From contig OX597814.1 in assembly GCA_951406725.2 (NCBI GenBank), positions 204,042,001 to 204,106,000 on the forward strand: a DNA stretch of 64,000 nt, given 5' to 3'. The translations under genes were made by a program, and so were the position numbers. Positions 51,607-64,000 of this stretch are shown here, piece by piece. This stretch comes from Octopus vulgaris. Its lineage: Eukaryota. The stretch's first letter is position 1. Each line of letters opens with the position of its first letter. Under the pieces are notes generated by a model. The model was not told the DNA's origin. It saw only the letters and a program-made list of their open reading frames with translations, and did no database searches.

Positions 51607-53837
51607 AGAACGCTTCATGTTATTTTAATTTTGTAAAGTGTATGAAGAAGTTGACTAAAATTAAACAGGGAACACACTACAGATATGTGTAATGTTGACA
51701 ACCACAAACACACATACTTAACGGTAACAGGAATAACCCAATTGAGGAGCCTCTTCATGGTACTCTATCTTCTAGAAATAGCAACCAAATCCCCTGTAAA
51801 TCACACTGTACTATCTTAGTGGGGAAAAAAAGAGAACAAAGTTTTCAGTATATCTGAAAACAAGCTAAGTTGGGATGACCAAAGATAGAATATATCTCAT
51901 AAGGCTGATAGATTAAAGCCGACCTGGGGCCACACAACAATAAAACCAACAATATAATCGACAGAGTCTGGCTGCTGTGTTTACAAGTCCAGGTAAAATC
52001 TAAAATTATTGAAATAATCATTGTTTAAGTGCACTGCCTGGTGGTTAGGGTGTTGGGCTCACAACCATAAGGTTGTGGTTCAATTCCAGACAGGCAAAAG
52101 GGGACACATTGCATCCTTCAATAAAGTACCTTATTTCATGTTGCTCTGGTCCAATCAGATGAAACAAGTACCAACTAACTGCTAGTGCCACTATCTCTCC
52201 CCTCCATGACTGGTGTGATGCTGAGCTACCTATGTCTGCTCACGGCTACATGACCACCTAAAGCAATAATTGAAAGTGTGATATAAGTTACCTGGTCATA
52301 CTTACTTGCAAGCAACAGTTCAATGCATGCAGTGCTTATTTCTCAATTACACTTCAGCTGTTATTTGCTGTGTGCATGTGTGCATACATGCATGAAGTAG
52401 ACAGGAGATTTGAAATTGTGTAACCTTATAAAGTTTGTAATTGAAAAGGTGACCACAAAGATATGTACACATACAGGCATATGGTACCTTTAGACTACTG
52501 GATAAAATATTGATTACAACATAGCATAGACACATAGAGACAAGTCTGATTATTACAAAACATCTCAGAAATATAGACATGTAGCAACAGATCCAAACTG
52601 AAGTAGGCCACAAAAGATCTGTTTGAAATAGAAATTTAATTGCTGTCTATTTGCCTTCAGAAAAGAAATTAAAAACAGTTATAAAATCTTTAAAAAAATA
52701 GAGACAGACAAACAGACAGAGACCTAATCCTCCATTCATAATTTCATAGATTCAAATTAAAAGTATTAATCAGTTACAATACAATAAATAATAATAAAAT
52801 GAGCAATGTTCTCTTTGTTAATTATGTGCGAGTGAATTAGCTATTAATTCCTATTGTACACCACCAACCATTGAACTCTATGTCGCGTTTTGTCAAGCAG
52901 AAAAAGTTTAACCATTTCCAATCGGACATCAGAAAGAAATGGTTTTGTATAAAACTGCAAGCTATTCTGTTTGGGTTGGAAATAATGGAGGCGATATCAA
53001 ATTTCTAAAGTCAATAAGAAGATAAATGGAGAGTCAGCAACAAAGCCAGAAGTAGTGGATTGAACTAATAGCAAATGATTGCATAATATTTAATCAGTTA
53101 TTAAATAGAAATCAAAATTCAATTTTAGAAAAAGCAATTTAATAAATATAGATGATGGCAACACTTAATTGTAAATGATAAAGTTGATTTCATTGCTTTT
53201 ATTCAGCAAGTCCACATACTATGTTTAACGAAAATATCAAAAGATTAAAACCAGAAATCTAACACTAATCCTGAATTAAGACTAACAACAAAACTAATAC
53301 CAAAAATTCAGATTAGAAGCTTATATCCAATGGAGTAATATAAGCAGTAAGTTTTTTTATTTCTCTCTCTATTTTAGTCAAATGAGTGTATGACTAAATA
53401 TTTCTGAAAGAAAATGTTTTTCTTATCTACATTGAAATTTCTTAAGAAAAACACTTGCTATATGTGCAAGTATGGCTCTGTAGCTATGAAGTTCACTTCG
53501 CAACCATGTGGCTTTAGGTTCAATCTCAACGCATGGCATCTTGGACAAAGATCAAAGATTTGTGAGTGGATTTGTTAGCTCAGAACCTGAAAATATATAT
53601 GTGCATATAAACGTACATGCATGTGTGTGTGAGTATCTCCTTGTCAATGTTGCAAGCTAATTGTAAACAAACATCACTGTTATATAAGTGGTGCTATTTG
53701 TTTGCAATCTTCCATGAAAATATGTCCAGCCATTATGCTGTTCACATTTGAAGGACTAGGAGGAAATACTATCTTGTCTGAAAACAAGTGAAGATTAGTG
53801 TTGTGCAAAGTATCTGGCTGTAGAAGATTTATCTTAA

Positions 53838-54212
53838 CATTTTCATTAGCAAATTTCTGTTGAGATACACTTCATTTGTTTCAGTAAGTGTCACGTGGGG
53901 TTTCGAACATAAATTAACATGAAATTTTGATGGAAAGTTTTAATCAAAATAATTTTAAAAGAGGGAGCTTATATCATAGGATCAGGTGTGGATTAACCGT
54001 TTAGCATTTAAACCAGTCACATCCAACCCAAATATTCTACTTGCTTTATGTTTAAACTGACCAGTTCCAGCCCCTCACACCTACCCTACAATGTCATTTA
54101 AAAAAATAAAGAATCACACCATTGAAATCTTGAGCAATGTGAATAAATAAGCATCACATTTGACAGAGTAACCTGAATGCTAAAGGGTTACGGTAGGTTG
54201 GTATCAAAAGGG
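53838..54212. mobile_element. TTAA MITE containing a second MITE (53997-54187), both inside a SINE
   Basis: Outer TTAA at 53834-37 and 54213-16. Inner element TTAA-CCGTTTAGCATT ... AATGCTAAAGGG-TTAC. Confidence 0.75.
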
Positions 54213-57200
54213 TTAATGAATTTCATCTGATCCATGAAAGTATGGAACACTGAACACTAAAACATACACTAAAACACACACACACAACCTCGCTAAAAAC
54301 GGGGGAGGGGGCTCAGATTTCATGCTTTGAAGATTCCACCAATGTGTAACAATTTAAACTTGAAATTGATGTAAAGTATAAAGTTAACCTCTTTTCTCTA
54401 AACACATGTTTAAGTGTGATGTAGTCACCTACATAGCCCCTGGGGGACAAACAATACTGTGCTTGATACCTTGCCATTGGTATGAACCCTAAATCCCATC
54501 TCTTCCACTGTAAAATTTTGTAAATGAAAGAAGTGCAACTATAAAACTTGAACAACTATAGTTTTAGTTGCAAAGAATTTCACACAAACAAAAAGGGGGT
54601 GAAAAAAACTGAAATGTTGATTTACTGAAAAATTCAATGTATCGTAATAAAATTTTAAAACCAAAATTTAGCTTAATCTATGTCTTGGGAAAAAGAGAGA
54701 GAGAGAGAAAGAGATTTGCTTTCATTGATGACTCCTTCAACTTCCTTTTGATGAACAGAAAATTTATTGCTGTTTTTTTTTTGTTTGTTTGTTTCTTTTT
54801 TCTAGCTCAAGAATGTGAGAACAGGTGGAGAGTTCTGGATATTTGATGACACACTAACTCAGATATAAAGATTGGTGTTAATGTAATATAGTGAGACAAG
54901 AAATATTTAGAATATCAAAATTACACTCGATGATAGGGAGAAAAAAAAATGAACAATTAGATTAATTATCAACTAGCAGTACCCATGGGAGTTTCATGGG
55001 TATTTGAAAATTGTAAGATAGAATTGTATATCTTTCTGAAGCATTTGATTTTTGAAATGGTGTAAAAGACCACTTAAGTAATATTAAAGGTGCAATCTTA
55101 GTACACACACACTGCCTCCTCTTCTTACAACTATAACACATCCCCTGTGATAAACTCATTCTCTTTACCTCTTCTTGCAACTAACTAATTAACCATGTAA
55201 CTTAATAACAATCCCTTTCTCTCACAGTTAATACTCTTCTTTCTCTTTTTACCTCTCCCTTCGACTAATCATGTAACAGTGTCATACATTTGGACTTAGC
55301 ATATTAACATATAGATTCTGGTTAAGAGGCAAGAGAGATAAAAATCAAATTTTAATTGCATAACATTAATTACTACTGTAATGTAAACGATGCAGTTGGG
55401 AGTAAGTCTGATCTTGTCAATACAGTCACAATTCTGGACATGCTTCAGTTTAATTTGATCACCACAGCAATGACCAGGACTGCTACACAAAATGTACATA
55501 ATATATATATATATATATATATATATCGTCACCATTTAACGTTCATTTTCCATGCTGGCATGGGTTGGATGGTTTGACAGGAGCTGGCAAGCCAGAGAAC
55601 TGCACCAAGCTCTGTCTGTCAATAACTAATAAGCCAAATATTCAAAGCCACCAACAACTTCTTGAAAAAATAAATATCAAGTTCCTTTAATTTAATGTTA
55701 AACTACACAAACACACTCTTGTGAATAAACATCCAGAAATTTGACAGTTTGAAATAAAGGTTGGTGTTGGGGATCATATACTCAGGGACAGGCTCTGCAT
55801 GGAAAAACAAATGGTAAAGTCAGTGCTAACGTATTAGCTTTCTTTGAAATATCAAACCAAAGAATGCCTTCTCGCTGGTGAAGTGGCAAACAAAGTTTAT
55901 CTCCCAGTTTACCCAATCACTGAACTCTTGTTTGTTGCCAACTTATCACTAACCAAGAAATAGTTTTGATTAAGTTGATCTACTGATGGTATATTAGCAT
56001 CAAATTTAGAAATAAACTCCAATGGAGATAAGAGATAACATGTATGTTATAGGCTCACAACTAATAAAGATAGTGATGCCTTTCAAGATGAGATAACAAA
56101 AAAAAAATGGTTTAACAGTAATGTAGACTGTTGAAGCTTTCTAGAAAAAGAATAGCATTTTGGGTGAATTTTCTGTTAACTGATTGTTGAGAGATGAGTT
56201 AATCATAATAGAAAAGTTTGCTTTTAGGTTTTCATGAAGAATGATTATAGCTTCAGCTAAGAGGAATCTTAAACAAGCAGCACAATGCTTGAAGATGGTT
56301 ATTGCAATTTTAACTTGGTCACTTAAATAAAACAACTCCTCTATTCAGCTTAGTTAAGTAATAAAGTAGTAATAAGACCACAAAGTTAAACATTTAGATC
56401 TTTGATGACAATGACAATTATAACAGCCAAAAGGAATACCATTCTACTTGACTCAGTGTCCTAGAAATTCTGTAGAGAAACTGTTGAAATGCAATTCAGA
56501 GGATTTATGATTAATCAATATTTTATTATAATTCAAAAATTACTTCAAAGATACTGCAGATATAAAACTTTACTGGTGATTGTAGCCAACAAAGCCATCA
56601 AGATAAGCAGATATAAACAAGTAAACCCAATTACTAGAAACAATAAATTCAATATTCTCAACAGACTTTCAATGATATTCAGTCATATCGACAGGAATAA
56701 CATCTCCATAAAATGCTCGGTTTCAAAATGTAATATAAAAATAGAAAGAAAAGTGGAAGAGTGATGAGTGAAATAGCTTGTGATATTTAATAATGTTCAT
56801 TTACATTCAGAGTTCAAATTCTGACTTTGCCTTTCATCTCTTTAGGGTCAATCCAATTGTCAAAATTCATCCCCTTCAAATATGTAGCCAGGCGCCAAAA
56901 TTTCTCTCTATTAATCCTCTCAGATCAATGTTGTTTAACCAAAAGCTACTTAATGTATCAACAGTTTATAGTATTAGATTCAAAACTCATGACCTGAATA
57001 GTTGAACATTTTAATCCAAATTAAGACCCATGGAATCTCCACTGAGAAATCTAAAAATTATTTCATTTTTTAAGGCCAGATGCATATGTTACTTCAGCTT
57101 CCGATTGATGAGCCCATCTAAGAGTTAAAGGGAAAACTCAACTAACACAACAATAATTATACACCTTTTTACTACAGCCAAACACAATCAACTGTAGATA

Positions 57201-57661
57201 AGTGACAGAATTTCACAATTTGCATGCTGTCAGAATTTTCTTTTTAAAACAAATTCCTGAACTGCTGAAACATCTACACACCCTAACAGGAAATAAGATT
57301 ATAAATAATTCAAAATATTTCTACATCAGATAAATTTCAGAATCTTTTCAAAATTTAAAAGCACAAGAAGGGGGGGAAATGGATTGGTTTATTAAATTAC
57401 TAAACTATTTAATTCTTAGTTTTAAAAGATAAAGAGCCAAACCCAAAGCATATTCCAGAAGACTGGTTCTAGAAACTTGACACTCTTTGGATAAGTTTAA
57501 CAACCAGAATGGATAAGACACAGAAAAAATTTTTAAATGATGCAAGCAGTTTAATACAGGGTCACGAGATATTTAAGGTAAATTAAAATATCTGCAGAAT
57601 GTTATTTATAATAATTTCAATGGAACAAGCAAATTATGAAGATTAGTGGAAATAATTAAGA

Positions 57662-57702
<41 letters not shown>

Positions 57703-60616
57703 CATACATACATATAGTCAGTCCACTCTGCTGAGTGGTTGGTGTTAGGAAGAGCATCCAGCTGTAAAAATCCTGCCAAAGCAGTCACAGAAGTCTGATG
57801 CAGGTTTCAGCTTGGCCAGCTTTTGTGGTATTGTCCCACCCATGCTAGCATGGAACACAGACGTTAAATGATGAGGATTTTAATCATCAATTACTACCAC
57901 TCCCAAGCATTACACAATGTTTTCCACAAACAATTCTATAAAATAAGATAATTAAAAAAGAGTGGGTGTTTTTGGATAATAAACCTTCATCAGCAGAAAT
58001 ATGGTAGAGTTGTCACTCAATTGCTCAGTTAAAAAAATGTTATCTCACTCCTAATGTTGTCCCCCCCACCCACACACACACACACAATGTCCATATTTAA
58101 CCCTTATGTTGTTTCTGATGCTGAAAACAATGAAAATTATCAAGACAAACTTCTTTAAGATTAGAAATTGTTATTATAATTTGTGAGGGAACAGAGGTGA
58201 GACTAAAACAGACAGATAAATTATATATTGTATAAACTATAACTTACATTAAAAATAGAGCCCACCCTTCTGTTTGTAGGTATGATACTTCAATAAATCT
58301 CGCCACAAATATAAGCAAAGATAATGTATTTATTGTTAATGAGTGTTTCATTATAGACATAGTCTTGAACTCTTGAGTTTTTCAAAACTACTGGTTTTCT
58401 AAACTGTCGTAAATTGAACATGTAAACAACTTATTGTTTGGATTGTCTTTGTAAGTTATTGTGCAATGTGGTAGGTACTTCTTATAAGTTATGTTCAATT
58501 TACTCTCCATTATTCTTAATATAATTTTAACATACATTTTCTCCCTATTGTTCATTACTTCATAAATATCTGTCCGTCTGTCTCAGTCTCTCATTAGACA
58601 TCATGCAAGACATTTCACACAGTCTTTCAATTCTATCTAATCAAACTATCCTTTCGATTTTAGATCAAGAGGATCTTACTCAACTTCTCCCTCCTATTAT
58701 AAGGTTGGCAGGATTCACAATAATATACTTTTAACACAGCTTCCTGTTAGTCCACCACAATAAAAGTGAGAATCCCTTTCAAAACAACAAAACATCTCTC
58801 TGATCTCTGGTATACACCAATGTAAGTATACGCAAACACACCTGCACTATGACTAGTTTCAATACTAAATGCCTCCAAATATGAATGTTATAGATAAGAC
58901 TTCGCCCTCCCATATCAAAACCAAATCAAAAATGATATCAACTGATTAAAAGGAGCTAACGGTTAAATAATCCTAACCCAGAAACATATCCAAGACATAT
59001 TTATTACTTGGAATGACAGAGTATTATATATTACAAAACTATAAACTATAGAAAGGAGACATTGAGTATAACTCTTGCCATTTTAACATCCACTTTTCTA
59101 TGCTAGCACAAGTGAGACATAATTCACTGAAGCAGATTTTTTCTATGGCCAGTGCAATATTTCCGCATAGACATGCTTTCATAAAAAATGGACACAAACA
59201 TCACTTGTATTATAATGGTGATGCTCTGTGTTATCCCATAACATAAGGTTTCCTCCCTCTCTACTGTAGCCGCACACAGTCAAAGGAGATCTTGATCTTG
59301 GGGGCTACAAGACAACCTCACTAGCGATGGTTCCATGAAAAAAGCACCCTGTACACACCAAAGTGGTTGGCATTAGGAAGGGCATCAAGCTGTAGAAACT
59401 ATGCCAAAGCAAACACTAGAGCACAATGCAGCCTGTTGGATCCACTCAAACTGTCCAACCCATGCCAACATGGGACATGGACATTAAATGATCTCAATAT
59501 AGCTGAAACTCTACCATACACTATTGGTTACACAGTCAAGATTTTGATATAAAATATTAAACAAAATCAAGGTTACATGCTCTTCTATATCCTATATACT
59601 AATGTTAGCTACTTTTGGTGCTATTGGAAATATGGTTATGTCAAAACCTGACAAAAATATGAAAGAGCTTCTTGAATAAATAGAGGAATTTCTATCCTTT
59701 GATACACTGATTTATCAATCACAATTTTATCTCCTGCAAATATGATAAAGTTGACTGCCTAACATTTTATATTCGGAAAGAATGAATGTCTCACCGACAT
59801 TGAGGAAAATAGGGAATTGTGATCTATTTTATAAAGGTCAGCAGTATTACAAAGAGCTAGAATTGAAACTGAATCCATTTTTACACTATGGACACAGTCC
59901 ACCATGAGATTAGCTTCTCTATATTATTATTAACCAACCAATCTGCTGATGCAACTAAATTTTCCTGAAACATTTAATATTTTGAATGTTAAGGCAACAT
60001 GCCCAAAAGATTTGGTAAGATTCAATTCAACATAGTGAGAAAGCCAACTGAACAATGAAATGTTGTGAAAACCAGAACTTGACATATAAGCACAAGCTAA
60101 TAGTTCTTTCAGGTTAAATATTTGTTTATACTAGGTTAGCTGTTCTAGTAGTTTACACTACTGCCAAGATTTTACAACCAATAAACAAACTGAGAGCTGC
60201 ATGCATCAGTGGTATGCTGGAATAAACTGTCAAAAACTACACTGTATTTAAACATTACCACCAAGTGTTTAGTTATTTCTGTACTACGGCTCTGTTTAAA
60301 CAGAAATGACAACATCATTAACAAACTTAAGTGTGGTAAAAAAAGTTTGCTTTCCAACCATAGTTTCAAGTTCTATCCCACTGCATGGTACCTTGGACAG
60401 GTATCAGCTATACTCACAAATTGATCAACACCTAGTGAATAGGATTTGGTGAACAAAATCTGAAAGAAGTCAGGTAGGTGGGTGGATGGATAAGTAGGTA
60501 GGTGTATGTGAGTGGGTAAGAGTCGCTTTGTCCTGACACTGCATGATAGTTTTAAACAAGTGCCATTGTCAAACAAGCAGTGTCAATAATTTTCAATCTT
60601 TTGTGAAAATATGCCT

Positions 60617-60702
60617 GGCCATGAAGAAAAATTAATTACTTCAAAACAAGTAAGGGTTGGCCATGAAGAAATATTAATTACTTCAAAACAAGTAAGGGTT
60701 GG
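60617..60702. repeat. ~43-bp direct tandem duplication inside a SINE body
   Basis: 'ggccatgaagaaa.attaattacttcaaaa(a)caagtaagggtt' occurs twice head to tail. Confidence 0.85.
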
Positions 60703-63700
60703 TGACAGGATGTGGGCATCTGGCTGTAAAAAATATGCTATAACAAATTGTCTAGCCTATGCAAGCATGCAAAAGTGGACATTAAACTGATTATATATAT
60801 GTACATACGCACACACTTATGTGTGCATGCATGTGTGTTTACATTTGCACTTCTCAAAAATTGCAGAGCTACAAGTTGTAATGATGTAATTTCCCCATCA
60901 ACAAAATCATCCACTGGTTTTGTGCTTTTGAAGGTGTGTGGAGAGACCTTGCTGCAAAACAGGTAAGTTTAGGAACAGAAAGAGCACCCAACTGTAAAGC
61001 AATACCTCACTATATTCATCTAACCTATACTAATATGGTAAAATAGATACAAAAATGAACAATCTTGTTTTTATCTTTGAGCATATTTAAATTCTCCTAT
61101 AATACAAGCATTAATTCTAAAATCACAAAGTCATGTGGAGGGGTAGGCTTAAACTGTTGTCCAGTTTAACACCATGACCTGGCCCTAGGATGCTTTCATA
61201 GAATTTACTCTGTTGCAAGCACTCATGGGGCCAAGTCTCCAGTTTGAATCCACCCATAACAGGGAACCAAAGAGTTCCCAGGCAACCTTAGTTCCAAATC
61301 CTATATGATTCCAAATTTAAATTGAAGATGTAGCTAAGTACAGACCCTTCAGTAGAACTACTCCCACACTAAATATATTGTTAATCCTAAATTTAGGCTT
61401 CCTCAACCATCATAGCCCCTGCCTCCCTTAACTACAACATGTGGTATCTATAAAATCAAATCTTTTTAGGTCAAACAAAATGAAAACTTTCTTCTCTCCT
61501 TGTACCAATATCATTGAAAAATAAAGATTATATAGTCATAAATCTAAACTACATAATATCCATTTTAATTATCCTTCACAAAATTTATCACAAAGTCAAT
61601 CAGTATCATACCAGATGTTAAAGATAAATTTGCATAAGTCTTCTTCATAAACAGCTGTAAACATTACTTCTTCACTGACTCCACAAGGTGAAATATAACC
61701 TCTTGTAATATATATTACTCAGTCAGATTTTTGTCTAGAATATTATAACAAAAACAGCTTTTAAGTATTTTATTTAATCCAACAGGTTTACGGTTTTGAA
61801 ATAATTGCTTTAGCCTCTTTGAAACTGCTAGGCTTTCTTCTTTTAATGTTCTAACTCCCGCAAAGTTCAGCCAATATTACTTGAAATAGTCAATATCAAT
61901 AATATTTTTCAACTTTGAAATTAACAGAAATGTCAATTTTGCTGATGAATTTAACATTTGCATAGTGTTATTGATTGTCTGACATTAGCCTACACTTTAG
62001 TTTATTTTATAAATATATAAACATTTATATAGCAAGATTAAACAGAAACACACATACAATTTCACAAATTGTATAAACAACAAATGAACATGTATGTAAA
62101 ATACAAATACGTAATATAAATACACAGTACAATGCAACGAAAATATACACTAGTTTTATATAAACTTTATATGAAGTAAAATTATCAGTAAAGCTATCTA
62201 AAATAATATTCATCTTGTTGGCACAGAATTTGATACGTAAAAGTATTTTCTTCTCCAACAATCAATTTTACACATAGGAAATAATTATTAGAGGACAGAG
62301 ACATTATCATTGCTTCTACAACACACCCTCTAGCTCTGTAACTGACACGTTAACAAAATGTTAATTTCAGTTTTTCGCTTAGAAACAAGATAGTGTTAGA
62401 TTGGTGACAATAGCAAATAAAATGAGGTCAGAAAAATAACAGAAGATACAAAAGAAAAATCATTCTTAGATCTGAGAGAGAACATTTCCATTTCATAAGG
62501 AAGACAAGACAACGTACAAAGTCACAAAGAAACGCTATAACTTCCACTAAGTCTCAAAGATAGAGTTTAAAAGCTAAACTTTTGTAGTCATCCTCAAAAG
62601 AAATATACAAATAAATAGATATGGCTGTGTGGTAAGAAGTTCACTTCTTAACCAAATGGTTCCAGGTTCAGTCCCACTGTATAGCATCTTGGGTAAATAT
62701 CTTCTATAGCCTCAGGTCAACAAAAGCTTTGTGAGTGAATATGGTAGATGAAAACAAAGAAGTCATGTGTATCCACCACAACTTGACAACCAATGATGTG
62801 TTTATACCCCTGTAACTTAGTGGTTTGCCAAAAGAGACTGACAGAATAAGTACTAGGTTTTAAAAAATGAATTAAATAAACAGGTCCTGGGGTTGATTTG
62901 TTCAACTAAAATTCTTCAAGGCAGTGCCCCAGCATGGCTGCAGTCAAATGAGTGAAACAAAGATAAATATAATTTTAATGTCTACTCATCTATAGTTGTA
63001 TGGATGAAATGGAAATTACCAAGACATATTTTTTAACAACCAGAAGCCTATCCTGTCACCAACTCTCACCTGTTTTAAGCATGGTAATAATTCCCCATGG
63101 CAAGACATGTTTTTGTGGAAGATTGGAAATAAATTACACTGTTTGTATAATGGTGACACTCTTTTACAATTACAACACACAATCAACACAAGAAGAGATA
63201 CACTAGCACAAGCATTGGCTGTGTAGTTGAAAAGTTGTTCAGAAGTTCACTTCCCAACTATATGGTTACAGGTTCAATCTCACTGCAAAATCTTGGACTT
63301 CTATTCCCTTCTATTGCCTCAATTTGACCAATGCTTTATATGTGAAATTTAGAAGGAAATTGTATAGAAGCCTGTCGTGTGTGTGACTGTGTCTATTCAC
63401 TTGTGTACGTGCATGTGTGCATGCATATGTACATGTGTGTGTGTGTGTGTTTGCTCGTGGTGACATCACAAGATTTGTCAACAAACATGACTGTCATATG
63501 TGATGTCATTCATTAGCAATCTTCCATGAAAAGATATCCATCCAGTCATTGTGTTTATGTTTGATGGGGCAGGGCAGATTTTACTTTGCTTGAAGACGGG
63601 TGAGAATTGGTGACAAGAAGGGTGTCCAACCATAGAAAATCTGCCTTGACAAATTTCAAATGGCTCATGCAAGCATGGAAAAGTGAATAATAAAATGAGG

Positions 63701-64000
63701 ATGATACAAATGTTCCTTGCATGAAATAGACTCAACCAAAATAATTACTATTTCAGTTTCTTATTAATAAACTATAAGTCAACTTAGTTTACTGTTTTAT
63801 TTTGTCTACATAATTTATCCGATGTTTTGGCAAGATATTAGACATAACTTGCTGAAACAGTATGTAAACTAAAAACATATTTCAAATACATACACCAATT
63901 AAAAACAATTACACTGAAACAGTTTTTTTTTTAATGCATTAAATAACTTTTACATTGGTGTTTGGTAAAATATTATTATATGAAACTATCTTCATCAACT

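Noticed and set aside
57100-57145. Hammerhead-like 'ttgatgagccc...gggaaaac'
   Set aside because: C3 and the stem II/GAAA junction are defective and no stem I/III partner could be found.
57960-57995. Minus-strand 'ctgatgaagg...ccaaaaac'
   Set aside because: No GAAA box, cleavage triplet or stem I.
59795-59856. Minus-strand 62-nt exon candidate (G|GTGAGA donor)
   Set aside because: Weak pyrimidine tract, and it does not join the other candidates in a convincing frame.

Overview
AT-rich, repeat-dense eukaryotic genomic DNA with no intact protein-coding ORF. The SINE/RTE repertoire and microsatellite density look like an octopus (coleoid cephalopod) genome; this is inference, not a database result. 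The window is best read as very long intron(s) of a minus-strand transcript: the + strand looks A-skewed, and a few small minus-strand exon candidates have good splice signals (29887-29997, 17105-17181, 9374-9399, 4088-4170; product unidentified). It is filled with decayed mobile elements: a non-autonomous Helitron, two mariner relics, piggyBac-type TTAA MITEs (some nested), RTE, CR1-like, Hero-like and Penelope-like retroelement fragments, and at least four SINE types. The most interesting signals are RNA-structural. (1) A complete-core hammerhead-ribozyme-like motif with a NON-circularly permuted strand order at 1963-2024 (-), with a decayed motif of the same topology in a Hero-like 3' UTR at 44535-44622. 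(2) A minimal type I hammerhead with a self-complementary stem III at 40719-40804 (+). (3) A candidate recursive splice site (Py-tract-TAG|GTAAGT) with a cryptic poison exon at 5499-5590 (-). Repeat boundaries are approximate (read by eye).
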